Assembly: GCA_045863395.1 (NCBI GenBank)
Contig: BTVJ01000006.1
Span: 32,001-96,000, forward strand
Length of the DNA: 64,000 nt
Direction of reading: 5' to 3'
Origin: Myxococcales bacterium
Lineage (GTDB): Bacteria; Myxococcota_A; UBA9042; JABWCM01; BTVJ01
Below are positions 28,717 through 38,520 of the stretch, piece by piece (within the stretch, counting starts at the first letter, position 1; every line of letters begins with the position of its first letter). A program made the translations under genes and the position numbers. The notes below the pieces were generated by a model. That model saw only the letters and a program-made list of their open reading frames with translations, did no database searches and was not told the DNA's origin.

Positions 28717-31161
28717 ATGAGCGACGAGCAGAAGGCGGAAGAGGCGACTGGCTACCCCTTTGCCGCCATCGAGGCGAAGTGGCAGGAGCACTGGGTCACG
28801 AACCAGACCTTCAAGGTCGAGGACGGCGACGAGAAGCCCAAGCTCTACGTGCTCGACATGTTCCCGTACCCATCGGCCGCGGGCCTCCACGTGGGCCACC
28901 CCGAGGGGTACACCGCGACGGACATCCTGACCCGCTACAAGTGGATGCGTGGGTACAACGTGCTGCACCCCATGGGCTGGGACGCCTTCGGGCTCCCCGC
29001 CGAGCAGCACGCCATCGAGAAGGGCATCCACCCGGCGATCATCACGGCGAGCAACGTCGCCAACTTCCGGCGCCAGATCCAGGCGCTCGGCTTCGCCTAC
29101 GACTGGTCGCGGGAGGTGGACACCACCGACCCCAAGTACTACCGCTGGACGCAGTGGATCTTCCTCCAGCTCTACAAGAAGGGCCTGGCCTACCAGTCCG
29201 ATGCGCCGGTCAACTGGTGCCCGGCCCTGGGGACCGTCCTCTCCAACGAGGAGGTGGTCGACGGCAAGAGCGAGCGCGGCGGGCACCCGGTGGTGCGGCG
29301 GCCCATGCGCCAGTGGATGCTGAAGATCACGGCCTACGCCGACCGCCTGCTGGAGGACCTGGAGGACCTCGACTGGACCGAGAGCATCAAGCAGATGCAG
29401 CGCAACTGGATCGGCCGGTCCGAGGGCGCCGAGGTGTCCTTTCCCCTCGCCGAAGGGGAGGGCAGCATCCGCGTGTTCACGACCCGCCCGGACACGCTCT
29501 TCGGCGCCACCTACATGGTGCTGGCGCCGGAGCACCCGCTGGTCGCCGCCATCACGACGGAGGAGCGCAAGGCCGAGGTGAATGCCTACGCGGAGGCCGC
29601 CTCGCGCAAGAGCGACTTCGAGCGCACGGAGGTCGCCAAGGTCAAGACCGGCGCCTTCACGGGGGCCTGTGCCATCAACCCGGTCAACGGGGAGCGGATC
29701 CCCGTGTGGATCGCCGACTACATCCTGGCGACCTACGGGACCGGCGCCATCATGGCCGTGCCCGCCCACGACGAGCGGGACTTCGAGTTCGCGCAGGTCT
29801 TCGGCTTGCCGGTTCGGCGCGTGGTCGCGCGGACGCTGGAGGACGGGGCGCTGCCGGTGGAGCGGGCCGAGATCGAGGACGGCGTCGCGGTCGACAGCGG
29901 GGAGTTCACGGGGATGCCGACGCCTGAGTTCAAGCGGGCGATCATCGCCTGGCTCGAGGAGCGCGGCATCGGCACGAAGATGGTCAACTACCGGCTGCGC
30001 GACTGGCTCTTCTCGCGCCAGCGGTACTGGGGCGAGCCCTTCCCGGTCATCACGCTCGAGGACGGCACGGTGAAGCCGCTGCCCGAGAGCGCGCTGCCGG
30101 TGCTGCTCCCGGACGTGGAGCGCTACGAGCCCACGGGCACCGGGGAGTCGCCGCTGGCGGCCATCGACGCCTGGGTGAACACCACGGACCCGGAGACGGG
30201 GCTCCCCGCCCGGCGCGAGACCAACACCATGCCCCAGTGGGCCGGCTCCTGCTGGTACTACCTGCGCTACCTGGACCCGCACAACGACGAGAAGCCCTGG
30301 GACCCCGAGATCGAGAAGAAGTGGATGCCCGTCGACGTGTACGTGGGCGGCGCCGAGCACGCGGTGCTCCACCTGCTCTACGCCCGCTTCTGGCACAAGG
30401 TCCTCTATGACCTCGGGTGGGTGTCCACCAAGGAGCCCTTCCAGCGCCTGGTCAACCAGGGGATGATCCTCGGGGAGGACGGCGAGAAGATGTCCAAGTC
30501 GCGGGGGAACGTGGTGAACCCCGACGAGGTCATCCGCGAGTTCGGCGCCGACTCCATGCGCCTCTACGAGATGTTCATGGGGCCGCTCGAGACCGTCAAG
30601 CTCTGGAACACCCACAGCATCAACGGGGTGAAGCGCTTCCTCGACCGGGTGTGGCGGCTGTTCGAGCGGCCCTTCGTCGACGAGGCGCCGCCGGACCGCC
30701 AGGTGCGGTCGCTCCACAAGGCGGTCCGCAAGGTCACCGAGGACCTGGACGTCATGCGCTACAACACCGCGATCAGCGCCATGATGATCCTGCTGAACGA
30801 CCTCTCGAAGGAGGAGACCCAGCACCGCTCCGTGCTGGAGGCCTTCTGCAAGCTGCTCGCGCCGTTCGCGCCGCACATCGGGGAGGAGCTGTGGACCGTG
30901 CGGTTGGGGCATGCGCCGAGCGTGTGCAAGGCGGCGTGGCCGACCTTCGACCCGGCGCTGACCGTCGACGAGCAGGTGACCATCGTCGTGCAGGTCAACG
31001 GCAAGGTCCGCGGGCGCTTCGAGGCGGCGCTGGACGCCGGCGAGGACGAGGTGCGCGAGCGGGCGCTCTCCGACGAGCGGGTGTCGTCATGGCTCGACGG
31101 CAAGGCCGTCAAGAAGGTGGTCGTGGTGCGCAACAAGCTCGTCAGCATCGTCGCCGCATGA
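28717..31161 (+). CDS. leuS: Leucine--tRNA ligase
   Basis: MFPYPS.AGLHVGH, FTTRPDT editing domain, [25 protein letters not shown]. Confidence 0.98.
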   Translation: MSDEQKAEEATGYPFAAIEAKWQEHWVTNQTFKVEDGDEKPKLYVLDMFPYPSAAGLHVGHPEGYTATDILTRYKWMRGYNVLHPMGWDAFGLPAEQHAIEKGIHPAIITASNVANFRRQIQALGFAYDWSREVDTTDPKYYRWTQWIFLQLYKKGLAYQSDAPVNWCPALGTVLSNEEVVDGKSERGGHPVVRRPMRQWMLKITAYADRLLEDLEDLDWTESIKQMQRNWIGRSEGAEVSFPLAEGEGSIRVFTTRPDTLFGATYMVLAPEHPLVAAITTEERKAEVNAYAEAASRKSDFERTEVAKVKTGAFTGACAINPVNGERIPVWIADYILATYGTGAIMAVPAHDERDFEFAQVFGLPVRRVVARTLEDGALPVERAEIEDGVAVDSGEFTGMPTPEFKRAIIAWLEERGIGTKMVNYRLRDWLFSRQRYWGEPFPVITLEDGTVKPLPESALPVLLPDVERYEPTGTGESPLAAIDAWVNTTDPETGLPARRETNTMPQWAGSCWYYLRYLDPHNDEKPWDPEIEKKWMPVDVYVGGAEHAVLHLLYARFWHKVLYDLGWVSTKEPFQRLVNQGMILGEDGEKMSKSRGNVVNPDEVIREFGADSMRLYEMFMGPLETVKLWNTHSINGVKRFLDRVWRLFERPFVDEAPPDRQVRSLHKAVRKVTEDLDVMRYNTAISAMMILLNDLSKEETQHRSVLEAFCKLLAPFAPHIGEELWTVRLGHAPSVCKAAWPTFDPALTVDEQVTIVVQVNGKVRGRFEAALDAGEDEVRERALSDERVSSWLDGKAVKKVVVVRNKLVSIVAA

Positions 31162-31174
31162 TGGGGGACCCGCC

Positions 31175-33031
31175 ATGACAGGTGCCACCGACGTCCGCGC
31201 GAACACCGACTCCTTCGAGGCGGCCGCCCGGGAGGCGCACCCCGAGCAGGGGCCGACCCTCGGCCAGCGCCCCCCCTTCGTCGGGCGGCGCGAGGAGCTG
31301 GAGCTGCTCTACAACGCCGTCCGCGACACGGTGAAGAAGAGGCGCCTGCACCGGGTGAACATCGTGGGCGACGCGGGCACGGGCAAGACCCGGCTCGTCG
31401 ACGAGTTCTTCGACCTGATCGAGAGCGGCAGCAAGCGCCTCCACGTGGTCCGCTGCGCGGTGGGGGAGGCGGACGGTGACGGCCCCCTCGGGGTCCTGGC
31501 GGCGGTGCTGCGCGGGTTGTTCGGGGTCGAAGCGCGTGACGAGGAGGATGTCGCCCGCCGCAAGATCACCGACCGGGTGCTCTCGATCCTCGGGCGGGCC
31601 CGCCCCGAAGACGTGCGGATGCTCAGCGCGCTCCTCGGGCACGGCTCGGCGCGGGAGGCGCTGGCCGGTGAGCCTGGGGGCGAGCCGGGCTGGGAGGCTG
31701 CGGTCCTGTCGCTGGGTGGGGCGCTGCTGACGGCCGACGCCCAGCGGCGCCCCCTGTTCCTGGTCATCGACGGGTTCCGCTGGACGGACGCGGGCGCGCT
31801 GGCGCCCGTGGAGCGCTTCTTCGAGGCCGTGGACCGGCTGCCCGTGCTCGTGCTCCTCGTGTCGCGGAGGCCGCTGCCGCCGGCCCTGGACAAGGTCCCG
31901 GGCGAGCGTCGCTCCATCGCGCTCGGCCCGCTCAGCGCGGCAGACACGGAGCGCCTGGCGCGCAACGTCCTCGACGGCGTGCGCGGCGACGTCGAGCCCA
32001 TCGTGCAGGCGCTGGTCACCAAGTCCGGCGGGGTGCCTGGCCTCCTCGTGGACATCCTGCGGGTGATGGCGCTCCGCGGCATCGTCGGTGTGGATGGGGT
32101 CGGGGCCTGGAGCGCCGAGCCGGAGCGCCTGGCGCGCACGGCGCTGCCCGGCACCATCGGGGACGCGTCGCAGCTCCGCGTGCGGGAGCTCTCCGAGCGG
32201 GAGCGCGGCGTCCTCGAGAAGGCGTCCGTGTTTGGCGACACCTTCTGGTTCTCGGGAGTCCTGTCGCTGATGCGCGTGGAGCCCGAGCCCGAGCCCCAGC
32301 TCTGGTGGGTGGAGGACGTGAAGCAGGCGCGGCTCAACAAGGTGCTCCTGGACCAGCAGTCGCGGGGAATGCTGGAGTACCGCGGCGCCAGCGCCCAGGC
32401 CGGCGAGCCGGAGTTCGTGTTCTCCAGCAGCCTCGACCGTGAGGCCCTGCTTGCTGGCATTCCCGAGAAGCGGCTCCGGCGCTTCCAGCGCCTCGCGGGG
32501 CGGTGGATGCTCGGCCGGCGCCCGTCGACGGGTGGCATCCGGTGGTTTCGGACTGCCGGTGAGCTGCTTCGCGCCGGGGGTGACCCGCTGGGGGCGTCCG
32601 ACGCGCTGCTCGCGGGCGCGCTGGCCGCCAGCGAGGCTCTCAACGGAGACGCCGCGCTGGACCTGTGCACGAGCGCGAGGGAGCTCCTGGAGGACGACGA
32701 GGCCGCGCGTCTCCTGGCGATCAACCGCTGCCTCGCCGAGACGTTCTGGTCGCGGGGCCAGTGGGGGGAGGCCGCCGCGGCCCTGCGGGAGGCTCTGCGC
32801 CTGACGGTCGTGGTGGGCGACAAGCCCGACGGGGCGCACACCTGGATGCGCCTCGGCCAGGCGCTGGGGAAGGCGGGGGACCGGGAGGCCGCGAGGCAGG
32901 CCCTGGACGCGAGCGTGAAGCTCCTCGTGGACGTGGGGGACCTGGACGCCTCCGCGGAGGCCCAGCGGATGCTGCGGGAGCTGACCGGGCGGGCCCCCGC
33001 GGGCCGCATCCGCACCGACCGCCGGACTTGA
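31175..33031 (+). CDS. AAA_16/STAND-like P-loop ATPase with C-terminal TPRs
   Basis: PFVGRREEL, Walker A GDAGTGKT, LVIDGFRW Walker B-like, GGVP motif, ASVFGDTFW, TPR helices. Confidence 0.8.
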   Translation: MTGATDVRANTDSFEAAAREAHPEQGPTLGQRPPFVGRREELELLYNAVRDTVKKRRLHRVNIVGDAGTGKTRLVDEFFDLIESGSKRLHVVRCAVGEADGDGPLGVLAAVLRGLFGVEARDEEDVARRKITDRVLSILGRARPEDVRMLSALLGHGSAREALAGEPGGEPGWEAAVLSLGGALLTADAQRRPLFLVIDGFRWTDAGALAPVERFFEAVDRLPVLVLLVSRRPLPPALDKVPGERRSIALGPLSAADTERLARNVLDGVRGDVEPIVQALVTKSGGVPGLLVDILRVMALRGIVGVDGVGAWSAEPERLARTALPGTIGDASQLRVRELSERERGVLEKASVFGDTFWFSGVLSLMRVEPEPEPQLWWVEDVKQARLNKVLLDQQSRGMLEYRGASAQAGEPEFVFSSSLDREALLAGIPEKRLRRFQRLAGRWMLGRRPSTGGIRWFRTAGELLRAGGDPLGASDALLAGALAASEALNGDAALDLCTSARELLEDDEAARLLAINRCLAETFWSRGQWGEAAAALREALRLTVVVGDKPDGAHTWMRLGQALGKAGDREAARQALDASVKLLVDVGDLDASAEAQRMLRELTGRAPAGRIRTDRRT

Positions 33032-33050
33032 CCGGACCGAGGAACGCCCC

Positions 33051-33827
33051 ATGACGCACTGGAAGGACCTGCACCTGGTCGTGGTCGACACGGAGACCAC
33101 CGGCCTCGACGCCAAGACCGAGCGGGTCATCGAGGTGGGCATCATCCACTTCGAGGGCGGCCAGGTGGTCGACCGCTATGGCACGCTCATCGACCCGGGC
33201 GTGCCCATCCCAAGCGAGGTCGTCACCCTCACCGGCATCAAGGACGAGGACGTGGCGGGCCAGCCGCGCTTCGCCGACGTGGCCGCCGAGGTGCACCGGC
33301 GCCTGTCGCTGGGTGTCATCGTCGGCTACAACCTGGCGTTCGACCGCGGGTTCCTGGTCGCAGAGCTGGAGCGGGTCGGGCTGTCGTGGCCTGACCGCCC
33401 GTGCCTCGACCCGCTGATCCTCGTGCGGGAGCTGCACCGGAATCAGGGGAGCAAGAAGCTGGGCGTGGCGGCGGCGCGCATGGGGATCACCCTGGAGGAG
33501 GCCCACCGTGCGACCGCCGACGCGGAGGTCGCGGGCCTCGTCCTGCTGGAGCTGGCGGCGCGGTACGGAGAGCGGCTCCCTCCTGGGTTGGACGACCTCC
33601 TCGTGCTCCAGGCCCACTGGGAACAGCAGCAGGCGGCGGAGCAGGCGGGCTGGCGCAGGAACCGGGGGCGCGGGGAGGCGGAGCTCCTCGGCGCGACGGC
33701 TGGCCCGGCGCTGACCGTGGACGACGACGGGCTGCCGGCCCTGGGCCCGGCCTACATCTACGGGGACGACCCGGACCCGATGCGCGCCCTGTTCGCGGGA
33801 CTGCCCGACATCGGGGCCCGCCGGTGA
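33051..33827 (+). CDS. DEDDh 3'-5' exonuclease (DnaQ-like)
   Basis: VVDTETTG, YNLAFD, HRATADA. Confidence 0.92.
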   Translation: MTHWKDLHLVVVDTETTGLDAKTERVIEVGIIHFEGGQVVDRYGTLIDPGVPIPSEVVTLTGIKDEDVAGQPRFADVAAEVHRRLSLGVIVGYNLAFDRGFLVAELERVGLSWPDRPCLDPLILVRELHRNQGSKKLGVAAARMGITLEEAHRATADAEVAGLVLLELAARYGERLPPGLDDLLVLQAHWEQQQAAEQAGWRRNRGRGEAELLGATAGPALTVDDDGLPALGPAYIYGDDPDPMRALFAGLPDIGARR

Positions 33828-35302
33828 CACCGGCGCGTGCGGTCGCCATCCTGGAGCCCGTGTGCGTCGGTCTGGTCGCGCTTGCGGCGTTCGGGTGGGC
33901 CCTGCTGGACGCCCCCGGGGTCACGGACAACGATGCCTTCTTCCATATGCTGATGGCGCGGCGCATCGCCTCGGGCGAGCTGTGGCCGAGCATCGACTCC
34001 CTGCCGCTGACCGTCCTCGGGAGCGCCGGCCCGGACCACCACTGGCTCTGGCACGTGGTCATCGCCCCGATCGCGCTGCTCGCGCCGACGGTTCAAGGGC
34101 TGGAGTGGGCCCAGGCGATCACGGCGGCGCTGGTCCCGGTGGTGCTCGTGATCCTTCTGCGGCGCTGGGGCGCCCCCTGGCCCGCGCTGTGGGCGGCGCT
34201 GGCGGTGACCGGGGCGCTGATCATGCCGTTCCGGGTCTCGGAGCTGCGCGCGCAGAACGTCGCCATCGTGATGATCGTGGCCGCCCTGTGGGCGCTGGAT
34301 CGGGAGCGGCCCAGGGCCCTGGCGGTGATCGCGTTCCTGTTCGCGCAGGCGTACCACGGTGTCGTCATCCTGGCGCCCCTCGTCCTGCTGCACCTCGGCG
34401 CGGTGCGCCTCGCGGAGGGACGCTGGACCTTCAGGCCCGCGGTCCACGCGCTGGTCGGTGTCGTCGCGGGCTTCGCGCTCAGCCCCTGGTTCCCGGAGAA
34501 CCTCGACTACCTGCTCTTCCACACGCTCTACAAGGTGAGCAACCCCCAGGGCCTGGATGTGGGCCGCGAGTGGCTGAGCCCGCCGCTCACCCATGTGCTC
34601 GGCGAGTCCTGGTCGGCGTTCGTTGGCCTGGGGCTGGGCGTGGGGCTCTGGGGGTGGGCGCGCGGGTGGAGGGCGCGTTCGGCCACGACGCTGCTGCTCG
34701 TCGCGGCGACCGTGACCATGCTGTTGCTCTATCTGAAGGCGTGGCGCTTCGTCGAGTACTTCGTGCCCGTCGCGGCGGTCACGGCGGCGCTGCTCGCCCG
34801 CGACGCGCTCCCGGCCCTGCCGCGGGTCGCTCGGGTGGTGTCGCCCCTCGCGCTGGCCCTCCTCGTCGTTGCCCAAGGCCAGGCGGGCATCCGCTACGTC
34901 CACGACAAGTCGGCGTACAAGATCGAGCCCTTCCTGCCCATCGGCGAGGCCCTGGAGCGCCTTGGCGAGCCCGGCGACATCGTCTTCAACACGGCGTGGG
35001 CGGACTTCCCCCTGCTGCTCTGGGTGGCGCCGCGCATGCGCTTCGTCACCGGCCTCGACCCCACCTACCTCCACTTCCAGGACGCCGGCCGCTCGGCCCT
35101 CGTCCGCGGCCTCCGCGCCGCGACCCCCGAGGACCCGCACGACCCCGCCCCCGTCATCGCGGAGCACCTGCGCGCCCGCTGGGTCGTGGTCGACCCGACC
35201 GCCCAGGGCCTCGCCGTCCAGCTCGGGCGCAGCCCCGCGGCGAAGCTCGTCGCCTTCACGCCTGTGGGGGCGCTTTTCCGACTCGACGTGCCGCGAGAGT
35301 GA
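33824..35302 (+). CDS. Polytopic membrane protein, GT-C-like
   Basis: DNDAFFH loop after TM1, DHHWLWH, many TM segments, WRFVEYFVP, C-terminal periplasmic domain; GTGA overlap. Confidence 0.65.
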   Translation: MTPARAVAILEPVCVGLVALAAFGWALLDAPGVTDNDAFFHMLMARRIASGELWPSIDSLPLTVLGSAGPDHHWLWHVVIAPIALLAPTVQGLEWAQAITAALVPVVLVILLRRWGAPWPALWAALAVTGALIMPFRVSELRAQNVAIVMIVAALWALDRERPRALAVIAFLFAQAYHGVVILAPLVLLHLGAVRLAEGRWTFRPAVHALVGVVAGFALSPWFPENLDYLLFHTLYKVSNPQGLDVGREWLSPPLTHVLGESWSAFVGLGLGVGLWGWARGWRARSATTLLLVAATVTMLLLYLKAWRFVEYFVPVAAVTAALLARDALPALPRVARVVSPLALALLVVAQGQAGIRYVHDKSAYKIEPFLPIGEALERLGEPGDIVFNTAWADFPLLLWVAPRMRFVTGLDPTYLHFQDAGRSALVRGLRAATPEDPHDPAPVIAEHLRARWVVVDPTAQGLAVQLGRSPAAKLVAFTPVGALFRLDVPRE

Positions 35303-35448
35303 CGGTACCCGTCCGCTCCATGGACAACCTCCTCCAGATGTCGATCCTGACCTGAGGTTGCCGACAGTGGGGTCCGGCCTACGTGGTGGGGCGCCCGGTG
35401 GACGGACCCGCGGGGGGCTCTGGGCGGCTCGTGCCCGGAGGTGACGTC

Positions 35449-37845
35449 ATGGGCCCGATGGCCAGGTGGGGGGCGGTGCGCGGCTTGGGGGTCGCCGTAC
35501 TCCTCATGACGGCGGTCGGGGGGTGCAAGGGAGACGGAGCGGGGGGCGGCGATGCCGGGGGGAACGGCGGCGCGGTGGACCGGCTCGTGACGGCCGTGGG
35601 CGCCGGCCAGGAGGGAGGCGCCTTCCTGAGCTCCGACGGTGTGGGCGCCTGGTCCGCCAGCGGGACCCTCAGCGTCCCCGCCGGGGCCACCATGGTGGTG
35701 GGCGCGTCCGGGGTCAACGCGGATCTGGACGGTGCGCAGGTCACGCTCCGCTCGCCGGACGGCCACACGATCACGCTGGGCGGTGGCGCGGTGGCCCTGT
35801 CCGGCTTCCAGGCGCAGGACCTGGCCGAAGCGTCCGACCCGGCGCTGGAGGCGTACTTCGAGGACGTGCTGCTCCTCGATCTGCCCGACCCGGCCACCGA
35901 GCAGGACTGGAGCGACCTCTTCGACCGATGGAGCGGCGCAGACCCCGAGCACCCCATGCCCGAGACGCCGGACGCCATCATGCAGGGCCTCGACCAGGTG
36001 GCGGCGCCTCCGGCTGGGACGGTCGCGCTGGCCGATGCCGCCAGGCCCCGCGACGGGCTGATCGTCTTCGGAGCGGCCCAAGGCACCTGGAGCATCGAGG
36101 CGAACGCTGCCGAGGGCTCGGGCCCCTTCCAGCTCATCGCGTGGGCAGCGCCGGACGGCGGCGGGCGGGAGTCCATCGAGCACGTGGCGGCCGCCCTGGC
36201 CGCTGCCGGCGGCACCGTGAGCGGGGCGCTCGGCATGGGCGAGGGGGAGGACCCGGGCGGAGCGTGGCACCTGGAGCAGTTCCGCTACCCGCCGCCGGAC
36301 ACGCTGGAGTTCTACCGCGCCCAGGCCATCGATGTGACCTACAAGGTGGTCCAGTGGCTCACCCTGCGCGGCCTGTTCACGAAGGCCATCGACGTCGTGC
36401 TGAAGTTCGCCGGCGTCGAGTCCATCGTCGCCGTAGGGCTCACGAAGGACCGGCTGAAGGTCCTGGCCATCTTCGTGGTCGCGACCGTCTATCGGGAGAT
36501 CCTGCGCTACAGCGCCATCGCCGACCTGTGGTTCTGGCGCGCCGCCTACTGCCTCAACGGGCCCGACTACTACTTCCAGATCTTCAACCTCGGGCGCATC
36601 GTCGAGAAGCTCGGCTTCGAGAGCTACACGTGGGACCACGAGGAGATGCTCTTGGACCTCAACGACTTCGAGGAGATCCGGCTCCTCGGCGGCAACATGG
36701 TGCGCGAGAAGATCAAGCGCGAGTGGTGGGGCATCGGCGGCCCGTTCAGCTCGCCGCGGGTCGGCAAGTGGAGCATCACGCCGGCGACGCTGGCGCAGCT
36801 CGACGTGCACGGCGAGAAGGACGGCGACTGCACCGTGGAGACGCTCCTCGGGACGACGAAGCCCGGCAGCGGCCAGCTCACCGTCGTGGTCGCTACCCAG
36901 CCGGCCAAGGTAGTCATCCCCGTGCGTGTGGCCGCGCCGCTCACCCTCGAGCCCGACCCGGCGCGCCTCGGTCCCGGCGAGTCCGTGACGCTGACCTGCG
37001 AGGGGCACGAGAGCGTCGCGGGGACGCTCGCCTTCGCGTGGTCCGCCGGGGAGCTGTACGGGACGGTGAGCGACGGGCGGGGCCACGGGGGGACGTCGTT
37101 CGAGTCGGCGAGCGACCACGTGACCTACACCGCCAACGCGGACGCCCACGACGGCGCCAACGACTGGGTGATGGTCACCGTGTTCCTCGAAGAGGAGGGC
37201 GGGCGCGTCAAGGTCGGTGAGGCCCACGCCGACGTGCAGATCCGCGAGAGCGCCGCGCCGTGCAAGGTCACGCTCGCGACCTACGTCGCCCCGACAGGCT
37301 GGAAGTGGGGTGACCCGAACCCGAACGACGTCACGTGCGAGCTCGCCTCGGGCACGTGGGTCATCGACCCCGACTCCATCGGCGGGTGCGTCACCGCGGC
37401 GGAGTGCCAGGGCCAGTGCCTGGGCTACGGAGAGCACCGGACCTACGGCTACGGCATCCAGTGGAGCACGTACGACGCGGAGGGCACCTCCACGGGCGGC
37501 AACCACTGTGTCACGTCATCGAACGCCAGCACCTGCGAGGCGGACGTCGAGCGCTTCGCCAAGGCCTGCGGCGAGAACCTCTGCTGGGACCCCTCCGGCG
37601 ACTTCTACTGCGGGGGCTGCGGCTGCGCGTGCGGTGGCGGCAACTGCTACCCGTGGAAGGGACCGGGGAGCATCGTGTTCGACGCGCCGGTCAGCGTTCC
37701 GTGCACCGACGCCCACGACTGCTACTACTTCCACGAGCCGTCGGAGGTGAAGGGCACCTACACCTTCACGCTCGTCCACTGCGGGTCGGTGGACGACGCG
37801 CTGCCGAACTGCCCGGGCAACGTGCCGAAGCCCAACCCCCGGTAG
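35449..37845 (+). CDS. Large lipoprotein of unknown function with Cys-rich C-terminus
   Basis: GGAGG RBS, VGGC lipobox, Ig-like segment, Cys-rich tail. Confidence 0.68.
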   Translation: MGPMARWGAVRGLGVAVLLMTAVGGCKGDGAGGGDAGGNGGAVDRLVTAVGAGQEGGAFLSSDGVGAWSASGTLSVPAGATMVVGASGVNADLDGAQVTLRSPDGHTITLGGGAVALSGFQAQDLAEASDPALEAYFEDVLLLDLPDPATEQDWSDLFDRWSGADPEHPMPETPDAIMQGLDQVAAPPAGTVALADAARPRDGLIVFGAAQGTWSIEANAAEGSGPFQLIAWAAPDGGGRESIEHVAAALAAAGGTVSGALGMGEGEDPGGAWHLEQFRYPPPDTLEFYRAQAIDVTYKVVQWLTLRGLFTKAIDVVLKFAGVESIVAVGLTKDRLKVLAIFVVATVYREILRYSAIADLWFWRAAYCLNGPDYYFQIFNLGRIVEKLGFESYTWDHEEMLLDLNDFEEIRLLGGNMVREKIKREWWGIGGPFSSPRVGKWSITPATLAQLDVHGEKDGDCTVETLLGTTKPGSGQLTVVVATQPAKVVIPVRVAAPLTLEPDPARLGPGESVTLTCEGHESVAGTLAFAWSAGELYGTVSDGRGHGGTSFESASDHVTYTANADAHDGANDWVMVTVFLEEEGGRVKVGEAHADVQIRESAAPCKVTLATYVAPTGWKWGDPNPNDVTCELASGTWVIDPDSIGGCVTAAECQGQCLGYGEHRTYGYGIQWSTYDAEGTSTGGNHCVTSSNASTCEADVERFAKACGENLCWDPSGDFYCGGCGCACGGGNCYPWKGPGSIVFDAPVSVPCTDAHDCYYFHEPSEVKGTYTFTLVHCGSVDDALPNCPGNVPKPNPR

Positions 37846-37881
37846 TGACCCCCAACCCTCGCCCGGGGCCTGCCAGGTCGC

Positions 37882-38517
37882 TCAGCGGGTCTTCTCACCC
37901 ACGAACTTGTCCCTGTCGTCGCGGAAGAGCACGTTGAACGTGGTCATGGAGCCGTAGCAGCGGGTGATGTACTGCTGGAGGTCCACCTTCTCGGCGGCGT
38001 CCAGGTGCTCACTGCCGTTGATCTTGGCCTCGAGGACGCGCAGGCGGTCGCGGAGCATCACGATCTTGTGGAAGAAGGCGTCGATGTCCACCTCCTTCGC
38101 CAGGAGCTCCGGGTTCTTGGGCTGGATGAGGATCTTCCCCCCACGGAAGCGGTCGGCCATGGGGACGGGGACGAGGCCCATGACCTCGACGGCGACCTCC
38201 CGGAGCATGCGGCGCATGTCGTCGCGCAGCATGGAGAGCGACGCCACGCCGGCCTCCGCGGCCTGGGCGACGGGAGCCGCAGGAGCGGTCACGGGCGCCG
38301 ACGTCATCGTCGGGGTGTCGGCCCTCGGTGCGGGGGCGGCCGCCACGGCCTGGATCGGCCGGTAGGTCGGGCACTTCCAGGCGTCGTCCGTGATGGCGCC
38401 CGTGCGCGGCTTCACGCCACAGTGCCCGTAGGTGACGCCCTTGTCCTCGTCCGTGAAGTCCTCGCGGAACTCGCGGCACGAGCCGCAGCGGTCGGCGACT
38501 CTGCGCACGCCGGGCAT
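37882..38517 (-). CDS. Conserved hypothetical protein with N-terminal Cys cluster
   Basis: CGSC...HC...KC N-terminus; globular FFHKIVMLRDRLRVLE...YITRCYGSMTTFNVLF domain. Confidence 0.72.
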   Translation of the reverse strand: MPGVRRVADRCGSCREFREDFTDEDKGVTYGHCGVKPRTGAITDDAWKCPTYRPIQAVAAAPAPRADTPTMTSAPVTAPAAPVAQAAEAGVASLSMLRDDMRRMLREVAVEVMGLVPVPMADRFRGGKILIQPKNPELLAKEVDIDAFFHKIVMLRDRLRVLEAKINGSEHLDAAEKVDLQQYITRCYGSMTTFNVLFRDDRDKFVGEKTR

Positions 38518-38520
38518 GGG

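Noticed and set aside
35320..35355. Mini-ORF MDNLLQMSILT as a leader peptide or gene remnant
   Set aside because: Too short, no clear RBS and no attenuator structure.
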